NCBI GenBank assembly: GCA_963663405.2
Contig: CAXXSM010000132.1
Span: 235,102 to 299,101, forward strand
Source of the DNA: a bacterium
Lineage (GTDB): Bacteria; Hinthialibacterota; Hinthialibacteria; Hinthialibacterales; Hinthialibacteraceae
Reading direction: 5' to 3'
DNA: 64,000 nucleotides
The notes under the pieces were generated by a model, which searched no databases, was not told the origin of the DNA, and worked only from the letters and a program-made list of their open reading frames with translations. The position numbers and the translations under genes are program-made. Shown here one piece after another: positions 54,752 to 64,000 of the stretch. Each line of letters starts with the position of its first letter. Position 1 is the first letter of the stretch.

Positions 54752-55909
54752 TTATCGCGCCCCCAAGGTAACTTCAATCGACTTTTTTTCATCCTGACGA
54801 AGTATGCGCAGTATCACGGTATCACCCGGCGCCAGTTTGTCGAGAGCGTGGTTGAGATCGTCCGCGTTCTTGACCGCTTCACGATCGACGCCGATGATGA
54901 TATCTCCTGCGACGATTCCTTCACTCGTTCGCTGAAAACCCTTCAATCCAGAACGTTCCGCGGCTGTTCCGGGGATGACGGTCCGGATGATGGCGCCGTC
55001 AATTTCCGGGTGGTCTTGCGTCTGTACGCCTAAAAAAGCGCGGGGCGCGCGGCCTTTGGAGATTAATTGAGGCACTACGCGATTCACTGTATCGACAGGC
55101 ACCGCGAAACCGATGCCTGAATTCGCTCCATTGGGAGCGACGATAGCGGTGTTCACTCCGATCAACCGGCCGAATGAGTCCAAAAGCGGCCCGCCCGAAT
55201 TGCCGGGATTGATCGCCGCGTCGGTTTGGATCATATCATAGATCGTATTTCCCGCCATGGATTGAATCGTGCGGCCCAGGGCGCTGATGATCCCTGTCGT
55301 CATTGTGATATCCAGACCGAATGGATTGCCGATCGCGAGCGCTTTCTGCCCCACTTGCAGATTCGAAGATTCACCTATGGGAATGGGTTGGAGCTGGCTT
55401 TTCGTCGCCAGTATGCGAAGCACGGCCAGATCTTGATCCGGCGCCTGACCGACGACTTGCGCCCGCCAGACGGTTGAATCCGTCAACGCCACTTCAATCA
55501 TATCCGCTTCGTGGATCACATGATAATTGGTGACAATATGTCCGTCATGATCCCAAATGAATCCCGAACCGGTTCCCTGCGGGTATTCGAATACGTTAAA
55601 CGAAAAATAATCCCTGCGCAGGGCGGCGTTGGTGATATAAACAACTGACGGAGAGATTTTCTTGAAGACTTCAATCGTCGCTCGTTCATCCGCTCCCAAT
55701 TCACTTGGCGCGGGCGCCACTGCGCGAGGAACCGCCGCGGGACGTCCAAATGGATTAAAAAAGGGAATTGGAATTCCTGCCATGTTCAACAACGTGATCA
55801 AGATCGAAATCGTAAAAAGAAGGACGACCAGCTGAAGCAGAACAGGCGCGCTCCGTCTCCGGCGGGGATTATTCTCTGGATGGTTTTGAAAACTTCTGAG
55901 ATCGACCAT
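54752..55909 (-). CDS. HtrA/Deg-family serine protease, single PDZ
   Basis: GTGSGF, TNYHV, DLAVL, TDAAINPGNSGGPL, one PDZ domain. Confidence 0.93.
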   Translation of the reverse strand: MVDLRSFQNHPENNPRRRRSAPVLLQLVVLLFTISILITLLNMAGIPIPFFNPFGRPAAVPRAVAPAPSELGADERATIEVFKKISPSVVYITNAALRRDYFSFNVFEYPQGTGSGFIWDHDGHIVTNYHVIHEADMIEVALTDSTVWRAQVVGQAPDQDLAVLRILATKSQLQPIPIGESSNLQVGQKALAIGNPFGLDITMTTGIISALGRTIQSMAGNTIYDMIQTDAAINPGNSGGPLLDSFGRLIGVNTAIVAPNGANSGIGFAVPVDTVNRVVPQLISKGRAPRAFLGVQTQDHPEIDGAIIRTVIPGTAAERSGLKGFQRTSEGIVAGDIIIGVDREAVKNADDLNHALDKLAPGDTVILRILRQDEKKSIEVTLGAR

Positions 55910-55954
55910 ACGCTATACTATCCTAATAAGAAAAATCATAATTAGATTAAAAAT

Positions 55955-56306
55955 CATAATCGAGATCACAACCTGCAAATGAAAATGAGTTGTGAAATAC
56001 TTGGAAAGGGTGGCAAGGGCAAGTACCGGCGCACGCGCCGGAGCCTTTACTTTTTTCTGCCCTTGTGTTAATTTGTACGGTTCTATCGTAAGGGCAGACA
56101 AAAGCCTTGCCCTTACTCCCCTCTCTTAGTATAGGGGCATTACCTTTAAAGAATGATTCACGATAATGGCGCCTCGATAAAGCGTGACCCACCCTACATG
56201 CTCATTTTCATATAAACCAACATGATCGAGATCACAACTGCAAATGAAAATGAGTTGCGGGAGCGAATTCGAACGAGAAAACTATAGGAACTCATTTTCA
56301 TATAAA
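55955..56306 (-). repeat. Tandem pair of GAAAATGAG/CTCATTTTC shell repeats; the longer unit carries REP-like cargo
   Basis: GATCACAAC(C)TGCAAATGAAAATGAGTTG and CTCATTTTCATATAAA each occur twice; interior about 200 nt vs about 35 nt. Confidence 0.75.
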
Positions 56307-56331
56307 TAGACGGCATTGTAACCGTGTATAT

Positions 56332-57120
56332 TTATTTCTTCCCAACAAACTTCATCGCCGCTTCCGGATGGTTGGTGATAATCCCATTGGCTCCCGTCTC
56401 GGCCCAGCTTTTTATTTCTTTCTCTTCATCGACAGTCCAGATCCAGACGGAGAATCCGGCTTTCTGCGCGGTGGAGATCGACGCGGGTGGTGTTTTTAGA
56501 TTGACGCCGATAATATCCGCTTGAAGGTCCCGCGCGCGCCAAATCGTCGTTGGATTGATCTCCGAAACCAAATAAAGCGTTTTCACGGCAGGTTCAATCT
56601 GTTTCGCCCGGTACACGGTCAGTTCGTCAAAACTGGCGATCACATGCTTGGATAATTCATTCCGCTTCCGCAGGAGAGCGATGATATCGTCTTCCAATAG
56701 GAGTTGTTTGCATTCGATCATAATTCCAATGGGTGTGTCTTTCACTACGTCCAACACTTCTTCTAAACGTGGAAATTTTTCTCCTTTAAAACGATCCCCC
56801 CATTTACTCGCGTAACCAGCGTCCAACGTCCGTAATTGAGAGAACGGATTTTCCCGGATCATACTGGAAACGCCTGCGCACCGATTCGTATTGTCATCAT
56901 GACTGACAACCAACACGCCGTCGCTGGACCGGTGCAGATCGATTTCGATATACGCGGGTTGCGGAACCAAGTCCGCAGCGCTTTGTACGGCCGCCACGGT
57001 ATTTTCGGGCGCTTCGCTGCTGTTCCCACGGTGGGCGATGATGAGGGGGGAACTATAGGAAGTTAAAGCGGTACTCACGATAATAGCCGCTGCCATGATT
57101 TTTACGCTGAATTCTAGCAT
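56332..57120 (-). CDS. Glycerophosphodiester phosphodiesterase
   Basis: IAHRG...PENT, IEIDL, VVSHD, IECK, WTVD, GIITN. Confidence 0.9.
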   Translation of the reverse strand: MLEFSVKIMAAAIIVSTALTSYSSPLIIAHRGNSSEAPENTVAAVQSAADLVPQPAYIEIDLHRSSDGVLVVSHDDNTNRCAGVSSMIRENPFSQLRTLDAGYASKWGDRFKGEKFPRLEEVLDVVKDTPIGIMIECKQLLLEDDIIALLRKRNELSKHVIASFDELTVYRAKQIEPAVKTLYLVSEINPTTIWRARDLQADIIGVNLKTPPASISTAQKAGFSVWIWTVDEEKEIKSWAETGANGIITNHPEAAMKFVGKK

Positions 57121-57233
57121 TATGCAAAGATTCCTTTCTTAGAGACAATGATTCAGATCAGTTTCTTGAATCGTAATCTAGCCAAGACTGAATGGATCTT
57201 GTTTCTTTATCTTGGAGCAATCACTTGTAAGAA

Positions 57234-58226
57234 TCAAGATGAGAGGCTTTTGAGGTGAAACCGTTGGTCTTGATTATCCTTGCGATTTTGATCGTATTGT
57301 TCGATCATGGATTCTAATTGTTTTATAAGATTAATCGCTGTATCTACGGATATCACGGTAGACGAAAGGACTTCGTCCCATATTTTTGTTCCAACAGCGG
57401 GATCGGAATTTTGAGGGGGGATACGGTTTGAAATGTTTTTATGGCGTTCATGCGCGGCTTTATAGCGGGTGAAATAATCGGCGAAGTTCTTTTTAAATTG
57501 ATCCAGATCCGAACCTGGTTGAAGATCCGCGCAGATTTCCTGCAGCTGTTTATGTCCATTTAGGCTGGCGAGTTCCAGTAGTCTCCATTTATAATTAAGG
57601 ATCCGCCAGTATTCTCTCTGCATGTCAAATCGGCCGTGCTGCGCCGCTTGAATTAACGTATTGAGCGAGCGCCGGCGGTGGTGATACTTGGCCAAAACGT
57701 CCCGATTCTTCGCAATGATTTGTTCCGCTTTTTCGTCTTCTCCGATTGATTTTGCATAATGGGCTGCGCTGAGAGCCTTTTCCGCTTCCGCGAAAATCGG
57801 ATCGCGCGCTTTCACTCGTTCAATTTGAGCTTCAATTTCGATGATATTGATCTTTTGACTATTGTTCCGGCTTTGTAATTGGGCGATGGAATTGAGGTGA
57901 TCGACTCGCTCCAAGCCCGTGATAATTTTCAACGCGGTCAGTTCTTCCGCTAGTTCCCGCGTAAGAAGAATCTCTTTTTCAATGCGGCTGACAAGGCTGT
58001 CCTCTCCATCACGGAGTGTTCGAATGACTTTGGTTTGCCCGGATAATTCCTGCTGTTTTTTCTGTTCTTTAAAGTATTCCGCTTTTTTTACAAATGTGGC
58101 TTGCCCATCCACAACCCGGCGCATCAAATCATCCGCCGATACGCCGCGGGTGGACGCTTCTTTCCTGACGAGTTCATCACGGAATTTTTTAGCAAGTTGG
58201 ATTCGTTTCTCGTCTGAAATATCCAT
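57234..58226 (-). CDS. Hypothetical coiled-coil protein
   Basis: 330-aa charged helical ORF; no motif recognised. Confidence 0.6.
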   Translation of the reverse strand: MDISDEKRIQLAKKFRDELVRKEASTRGVSADDLMRRVVDGQATFVKKAEYFKEQKKQQELSGQTKVIRTLRDGEDSLVSRIEKEILLTRELAEELTALKIITGLERVDHLNSIAQLQSRNNSQKINIIEIEAQIERVKARDPIFAEAEKALSAAHYAKSIGEDEKAEQIIAKNRDVLAKYHHRRRSLNTLIQAAQHGRFDMQREYWRILNYKWRLLELASLNGHKQLQEICADLQPGSDLDQFKKNFADYFTRYKAAHERHKNISNRIPPQNSDPAVGTKIWDEVLSSTVISVDTAINLIKQLESMIEQYDQNRKDNQDQRFHLKSLSS

Positions 58227-58404
58227 CGAATGCCGATCCCGGTTTAATTTGTGCCAATCCTCGCCTTTTTGGACTCGTAATGGTTCTATGCAAGAGTGTA
58301 CTACTTTTCATCGTTTTACCATAGAGTTTAGGATTTTTTTCTGAAACAAAAAAACATCGTCGCTGTTACTTTTATGAGAGAATAGACGTAAAATGAAGAG
58401 AGAA

Positions 58405-58575
58405 TTTATTAGAAAATGAGTTTCGAAAATATACAAGTATGTAGGGTGAGTCACGTCTTAATGAGGCGTCAATTTCGTGAATCATTCCCGGTGAGTCGAT
58501 AAAACGTGAGGCGCCCTCCCGCGACTCATTTTCATTTGCAGGTTGTAATCTCGATGTAAGAAGGTTTATATATGA
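58405..58575 (+). repeat. GAAAATGAG/CTCATTTTC shell repeat carrying a GTAG-type REP-like doublet
   Basis: GAAAATGAGTTTC...GTAGGGTGAGTCACG...CGTGAGGCGCCCTCC...ACTCATTTTCATTTGCAGGTTGTAATCTCGAT. Confidence 0.72.
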
Positions 58576-58653
58576 CTTACGAACCTGTTTTCCTATTCAC
58601 TTCCTGCGATCGTGGATTTAATATGGATCGCTGATACAAGAAAGATCGTACGA

Positions 58654-58893
58654 ATGATGAGAACATCCTTTATTCCTCTCCTAGCCATGTTAGTATTTTT
58701 TATTGGAGGTTGCGCTTCATCCAGCGGTGGAGGGATGGCCTCTATTCGCCCATGGTATGAAGATGTAAATCCTGTAACCCAGGATGAGATTATGTCGGAT
58801 TGGGAGATCTTCGATATTAATTCCGATTTTATAGCGGAACAAAATGACACAGTTGAAGACCTGCAATTCGAAGTCTCAGAATTGTTGTGGTAA
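58654..58893 (+). CDS. Small acidic lipoprotein
   Basis: MMRTSFIPLLAMLVFFIGGC lipobox. Confidence 0.6.
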   Translation: MMRTSFIPLLAMLVFFIGGCASSSGGGMASIRPWYEDVNPVTQDEIMSDWEIFDINSDFIAEQNDTVEDLQFEVSELLW

Positions 58894-58950
58894 CCGAAAC
58901 TATATGGTGGCGTTGTACGAAAAGCGAGTCTGTTCAGGTAGTGTTGAAAA

Positions 58951-60148
58951 TCAATCTCCAAACACTTCATCCACGCGGAAGGCGTCCTCGAAATGATCAA
59001 TCAGAGGATCCGCGCCAGGAAGAGCGAGTATGGAGATAACGTCATAACGGATGTTCCATCCTTCCAATAAATCCCGCTCGTATAAATAACTCTCAGCGGC
59101 GCGAATCAGTGAACGCATTTTCTTTTTTGTCACCGCTTCATAGGGCATCCCATACTTCTTCGATTGGCGTGATTTGACTTCCACAAAAACAATCGTTGTC
59201 TCCCGGTTTACGATCAGATCGATCTCACCCTCTTTACAGTGGTAATTCCGCTCCCACAGTGTGTATCCTTTCCGTTCCAGATAGACCATCGCTAAATTTT
59301 CCCGCGTGCGCCCCTTATCCACCGTTGAAGGAAAATGCAGCCGTTCTTTTCTCGCCAGAGATTCCACTTGGATTTGGATACGTTGTTGGAGATAAAACTG
59401 TTCCGCGTTTGTCATTCCATGTGCGCCCTTGTTGATTTTCTGTAACAGCGCATCCAACTTTTCTCTGTTCGCGTTTTTTTCGATTCGCGATAATACATCC
59501 TGAAATATTGGGCTCTGTTCAGGCGCCAATATCCGGTTGGAAACACCTGCAAAGGTCACGCGGTGTTCGCCGCAGGCGCCAAACACTTCCACAGCGGCGC
59601 AGGTGATATTTTGTCGGGTAGCCTTTGTGACGGTCAAAACCGTATTGTGGGAACCGCGTATGCAGGGCTTTCATGATCCGGTCCCGCGTCACTTTTGCGA
59701 GAATCGACGCGGCGCCGATGGTAATCGATTTTTGATCCCCTTTGATTACGGATTTTACGGGTATAGTAATATCGAGAGAATCACGGCCGTCAACCAATAC
59801 ATAGTCCGGCTGAATACGCAGTCGTTCTACCGCACGCTTCATCGCTAAAAGCGAGGCCTGCCGTATATCGATCATTTCGATTTCTCTTGGGCTGGCTTTC
59901 GCGACAGCGTAGGAGACGGCGTGTTGGGTCACAATTTCAAAAAAATGATCCCGTTCCGCTTCGGACAGTTGTTTGGAATCGCGTATTCCGGTGAGAATGT
60001 GGGGTTCAATGTTTTCCGGAAGAATCACGGCGGCGGCCACAACCGGCCCCGCCAACGGTCCACGGCCCGCTTCATCCACCCCCGCGATCTTTTTGATCCC
60101 GGTTTTGCGTAATTCTTCTTCCAATAGAAATGAGGGATTCTCTTTCAC
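58951..60148 (-). CDS. rnhB: Ribonuclease HII fused to a YraN-family nuclease (one frameshift at about 59600)
   Basis: GVDEAGRGPLAGPV, RDSK, AASILAKVTRD, HKGYPT; the RNase HII tail (EHRVTF) lies in the frame that continues into YraN motifs GEIDLI...FVEVKSR...RYDVI. Confidence 0.8.
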
Positions 60149-60166
60149 GTTCCACCCTCTTTTGCT

Positions 60167-60193
60167 AAAAGGGGCGCTCCAATGAGCGCCCCC
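60167..60193 (-). terminator. Intrinsic terminator after the MFS gene
   Basis: Reverse complement GGGGCGCTC-ATTG-GAGCGCCCC-TTTT. Confidence 0.7.
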
Positions 60194-60232
60194 TCAATAA
60201 TTTATCTCTGAGAATGAAGAGTCATGCTGATT

Positions 60233-61903
60233 CTACGCTTCGGTCGGAAGGTCTTTACCTTTCGTTTCCGGCGCCCAAATCAACGCCACCATACCCACTA
60301 CATAGATAAAGGACATAAGGATGGCGGTCAGACGGAATGGCAGGACCGTAACAAGATATCCGAACAGGAAGGGGAATGAGGCCGTTAAATACCGGACGGT
60401 GTTGTAACAGAATCCAACCCCTGTTCCCCGCAGCCGCGTCGGGAAGAGTTCGGGGAAGTAGATCGAATACCCACCAAACACAGACAACTGCGCAAATCCC
60501 AAGAGCGGGAGCATCCAATACGCGTGAGTCTCAGAATTAAGGGTATTGAAAACAAACATGGTTACAAGCATGCAGATAATAAACGATCCTAAGAAAGCCA
60601 AACGGCGGCTAAGAAATGTGGCGACCATTGTGAAGGCGAACATTCCCAGAAACGCTCCCACATCCTGCAGCATTAGCGCATTGCCTCTCACGTTCCCAAC
60701 GTATGCTTTGATCTTTCTGATTTGTGTTGGATATGCGTTTTCCAACAATTCACGGTTTAAACGGATCAGATTACTTCCTGTTGGATTCAGAGCGATCCGG
60801 TCATTGGTATTGTCTGAGAGTTCAATATTGGCGAACCGCTCAGGGGCATATAGATTTTCACCCATGAGCAATTCGTTGAATTCTTTTAGCAACTTCTCAT
60901 TCAACGCTTCCGATGGTTCGGACGAACCATCGAATTGATTGATCGCGGTTTTTGTATCCTCCGTGCATTCGGAAAGGAAATATTGAGAGAAGGGAGTGTC
61001 CGCGCTTTTTAATTCCATTACAATCGCTGCGGAATCTTCTAAATCATCTGAGGACATTGGTTTATCGCTTAACGCGTACGTAATCAGTTCTGGTGAAAAG
61101 AATCCAATCCCCCAAAGACCGACCATACCGGAGAGACCCAGACAAATTCCGACAATCGCGTGCCGCCGCCAGGGATTTTGCTTAAACAAATCGTGGATCG
61201 ATCCCATCTCTTTGTTTTTTTCTCCACTATCCGCCTCTTCTTTCGCTTTTCTCCATGCTTCTGGTTCACGCAGGACAGACATAATGGGAATCACGAGCAG
61301 TGAAGGGAGAATTCCGACGAGAAAGACAGCGCGCCAACCGGGCATCTCCATTCCCATAAAGTTGATTGTCAATTCGGGAGTTAGTTGTCGCGCGATGTAT
61401 GCGCCGAGAATATTGCCGGTCGCCGATAAGGCTTGAAGCGCTCCTAACGCAAGCGAACGGAAATGAGAAGGCACCGTTTCGGCGATCAGTGTTGTCGCGG
61501 CGCCGAACATCCCACCGACTCCAAGGCCGACTAAAATGCGGTAAAAACAGAAATCCCAAGGGGTTACAGACAACGACGAAAGACCCGTAAAACCGGAATA
61601 GACAAATAGAGTGACGATCATGCACTTCACCCGCCCGAACCGATCACTGAACACACCAAACAGAATGCCGCCTGTTCCCCAGCCGACCATGAGACACGCG
61701 GTCGCCGCGCCTCCCCAGATGCTGGCCCATTTCGCCGCTTGTTCTGGACCGAGCAGGTCGGTCATCGACGCCTGTCTCGCCATGACGAAAATTCGCTGAT
61801 CCATGCAGTCGAATAGCCAGCCACACGACGCGATCACCAATACGAGCAAATGATAGGGGGTCACGCCTTCAAATAAACTTTTGGGTTTTAATTGCTGTTC
61901 CAC
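60233..61903 (-). CDS. MFS transporter with a large soluble insertion
   Basis: GWLFDCMD, SDRFGR motif A, ELFPTRLRGTG, PETKG; about 120-aa hydrophilic insert in the C-terminal half. Confidence 0.88.
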   Translation of the reverse strand: MEQQLKPKSLFEGVTPYHLLVLVIASCGWLFDCMDQRIFVMARQASMTDLLGPEQAAKWASIWGGAATACLMVGWGTGGILFGVFSDRFGRVKCMIVTLFVYSGFTGLSSLSVTPWDFCFYRILVGLGVGGMFGAATTLIAETVPSHFRSLALGALQALSATGNILGAYIARQLTPELTINFMGMEMPGWRAVFLVGILPSLLVIPIMSVLREPEAWRKAKEEADSGEKNKEMGSIHDLFKQNPWRRHAIVGICLGLSGMVGLWGIGFFSPELITYALSDKPMSSDDLEDSAAIVMELKSADTPFSQYFLSECTEDTKTAINQFDGSSEPSEALNEKLLKEFNELLMGENLYAPERFANIELSDNTNDRIALNPTGSNLIRLNRELLENAYPTQIRKIKAYVGNVRGNALMLQDVGAFLGMFAFTMVATFLSRRLAFLGSFIICMLVTMFVFNTLNSETHAYWMLPLLGFAQLSVFGGYSIYFPELFPTRLRGTGVGFCYNTVRYLTASFPFLFGYLVTVLPFRLTAILMSFIYVVGMVALIWAPETKGKDLPTEA

Positions 61904-62006
61904 AACGTTCTCCTTATTCGGGAATAATTCTAAATGAATAGGTTTTTACAAACATAATAAATAATATGACAATAAAAATGGACACGGGACGTGGAAAGAA
62001 CATTAA

Positions 62007-62109
62007 TTTATATGAAAATGAGTTTCAGAGACTTGCTCGTTCTAGATTTCTCCCGCTACTCATTTTCATTTGCAGTTTTGGTCTCAATCATGATGGTTTA
62101 TATCAAAAT
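62007..62109 (+). repeat. GAAAATGAG/CTCATTTTC shell repeat, short copy
   Basis: TTTATATGAAAATGAGTTTC...CCCGCTACTCATTTTCATTTGCAG...TCATGATGGTTTATATCAAAAT. Confidence 0.72.
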
Positions 62110-62383
62110 ATGGGATATAAAAAAAGCGCGTCCGGTTTTTTTCTATTTGGTCATTGTTAAAAACATCCTTCCTTCTGTCAAGCGCAATGGATTAACAGAG
62201 ATGACTGGATGGTTAGAAATTGATGTTCATCGTCCACTTTTCTCAACAAAGGACATGACATCGTTTCAGAGTATGGTTAATATTTAATATGGAATAAAGA
62301 ATCCATTATTCACAACGCAGGCAGGTTTCCCATTCAGTACAACGTATACTTAGCAATCCAATATAGGAACGAAGGATAGATCG

Positions 62384-63834
62384 ATGAAAAATGGTGTTAT
62401 AAACAACAGGTTTTTAATCGTTTTGATCATCGTGGGTATAGCAGGAGCCGCTTGGGCGCAGGAATTGCCCACCTTGACGCTCACCAGCGCGGTCGAGACC
62501 GCATTGGATTTAAACCGGGAAATGGCGGCGGTTCGATTCGAGAAAAACGCCGCTCATTTGGCTAAAATGGAAGCCTACAGCCCCTTCCTCCCCCAGATCT
62601 CGTTTCAAAGCGATTTCAGTAATTCACACTCGGATCAGTTTGAATTCAAACCTTCTCCTGATATGCCGGCGGAATTTGCTGATTTATTTAATTTTAGTGA
62701 CATGGGTTTTACGGGAGAAACATACGCCAATAAATTCCAATTCGGTCAACTCATCTTCGACCGTTCAATTATCGGCAATTTAAAATTAAGCCGGTTCCAG
62801 GAAGAAGCCGCGCAATACCAAGAAATGGGGTCAAGAACAAGCGGTCGTATCGAACACGGTCGCCGCGTTTCTCGATGTCTTGATGGCGCAGGAACTTCTT
62901 GGAGTCCAGAAACAGCGGTTGAAACTGGCTGAGAAACAATTAGATACCGCAAAGACCAATTTTGAAGTGGGACTGCGGATCCGGACCGATGTATTGCGCG
63001 CTGAATTGACCCGATCTTCCGCGATGCGGGATGTGATTTCCGCCGAGATCGCCCAGGAACGCGCACAGTCAGCTCTCAATAAAGAACTCGGAGTCCCTCT
63101 TGATCAACGTCATGTTTTTGAAGGAGGCCAACTTGCCGGATACAACCCTTCCACGTCTAAACTGGAGCAATTGAAAAACTATTCCACGCTCTTTGAAATC
63201 GCTGAAGAAAATCACCCTTCCATCCGAATCGCTGAACTGCTCGTTAAACAGCGGAAAGAATCCGTCAACATCGCGCGTGGCGAATTTCTCCCACGATTCA
63301 AGCGGTGGATCGATCGGCTGGCAAGAGAGTGGGGATCTCCGGTTGGAAGATGAGGAATGGGCCGTCCAACTCTCAATCAATGTGCCGATTTTTGAAGGGG
63401 GACGAAAAATCGCCAAAGTGAAACGGACAAAGGAACAGGTAGAAGCGGAAACCAAGCGGTACGAAACCACCATCCGCGAGATTCATAATTTCGTCGAACA
63501 ATCCGCTCTCGCGCTGCAGGAAGAACAGCGCAATTTAGAAATCGCCATCGAAGCGGAAATCGTCGCGGAAGAAAACCATTCCCGGTTTCTCAATCTTTAT
63601 GAAGAAGGCCTGGCGGATAGTTTGGATGTAACCCAGGCGCTGACCGAATGGGTGGAAGCGCAAACCAATGTTGTAACCACCCGCTATGGATATTTGAAAC
63701 TTTACACGCAATTGCAGCAGGCGTTGGGGATCATCGACGTCGATCCCGAAGCCTATCAAACCGTGAATTGGCTGGATGTGATGGAATCACCCAAACCAAC
63801 GGAAACCACGCCGGAGGCGCCGGCCGGGAAGTGA
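62384..63834 (+). CDS. TolC-family outer membrane protein (two frameshifts)
   Basis: Signal peptide, LTLTSAVETAL, FLPQIS, FEVGL..RTDVLRA, VPIFEGG, YEEGL..SLDV across three frames. Confidence 0.8.
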
Positions 63835-63843
63835 ACGCGTTCT

Positions 63844-64000
63844 ATGTCGAAAGATCGAACCGGTTCTTTATCTAATTTTGGATTGCAAATAGGCCTATCA
63901 TTGGCTTATGTCGCCCGTCTATGGTTTCTCCTTGCGTCTTCGTTCTATTATTTCTTCATCGCATCGTGGCGTGATCCCAAGGCCATTCGTCGGGAGGCCA
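63844..64000 (+). CDS. Membrane protein, possibly MlaE-like permease (5' part only)
   Basis: MSKDRTGSLSNFGLQIGLSLAYVARLWFLLASSFYYFFIASWRDPKAIRRE; truncated by the window end. Confidence 0.3.
   Translation, partial: MSKDRTGSLSNFGLQIGLSLAYVARLWFLLASSFYYFFIASWRDPKAIRREA

Noticed and set aside
55955-56306. Possible mini CRISPR array
   Set aside because: Only two units, interiors of very different length made of other repeats, and no cas genes.
45255-62109. Shell repeats as integron attC sites
   Set aside because: No RYYYAAC/GTTRRRY core ends, no integrase, and not positioned after co-oriented cassettes.
61991-62287. 98-aa ORF upstream of the TolC-like gene
   Set aside because: Overlaps the shell repeat and an AT-rich promoter region; likely spurious.

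Overview
Bacterial chromosomal window of moderate GC with several AT-rich inserts. The lineage cannot be established from this window; gene style suggests an uncultured PVC-like group such as OLB16/Hinthialibacter (weak inference). Housekeeping content: tRNA-Ser, tRNA-Thr, tuf, rpmG; tadA; trpD; ftsX-like/envC-like/ctpA/tsaD; an 11-subunit complex I operon (nuoABCDHIJKLMN, no nuoEFG); mnmA; mutY with an intact Nudix domain; tRNA-Val, thrS, infC, rpmI, rplT, pheS; htrA-like; glpQ-like; an apparent rnhB-yraN fusion; an MFS transporter; a TolC-family protein. Many genes, including essential ones, carry single-base frameshifts, often in homopolymers, which points to unpolished long-read assembly rather than pseudogenes. 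No CRISPR array, integrase, transposase or reverse transcriptase was seen. Most notable unexplained features: (i) a dispersed repeat family with a constant inverted-repeat shell and variable, REP-like cargo (5 copies), plus a TIR-bounded MITE-like element wrapping hairpins; (ii) an uncalled small single-TM ORF between nuoA and nuoB; (iii) a three-gene AT-rich module where pheT would be expected; (iv) a structured 260-nt spacer between rpmI and rplT; (v) a duplicated DUF4139-like gene cluster next to a triple STN-like-domain protein; (vi) a possible short C-terminal sorting motif (VDQWSIF) on a secreted beta-propeller protein.
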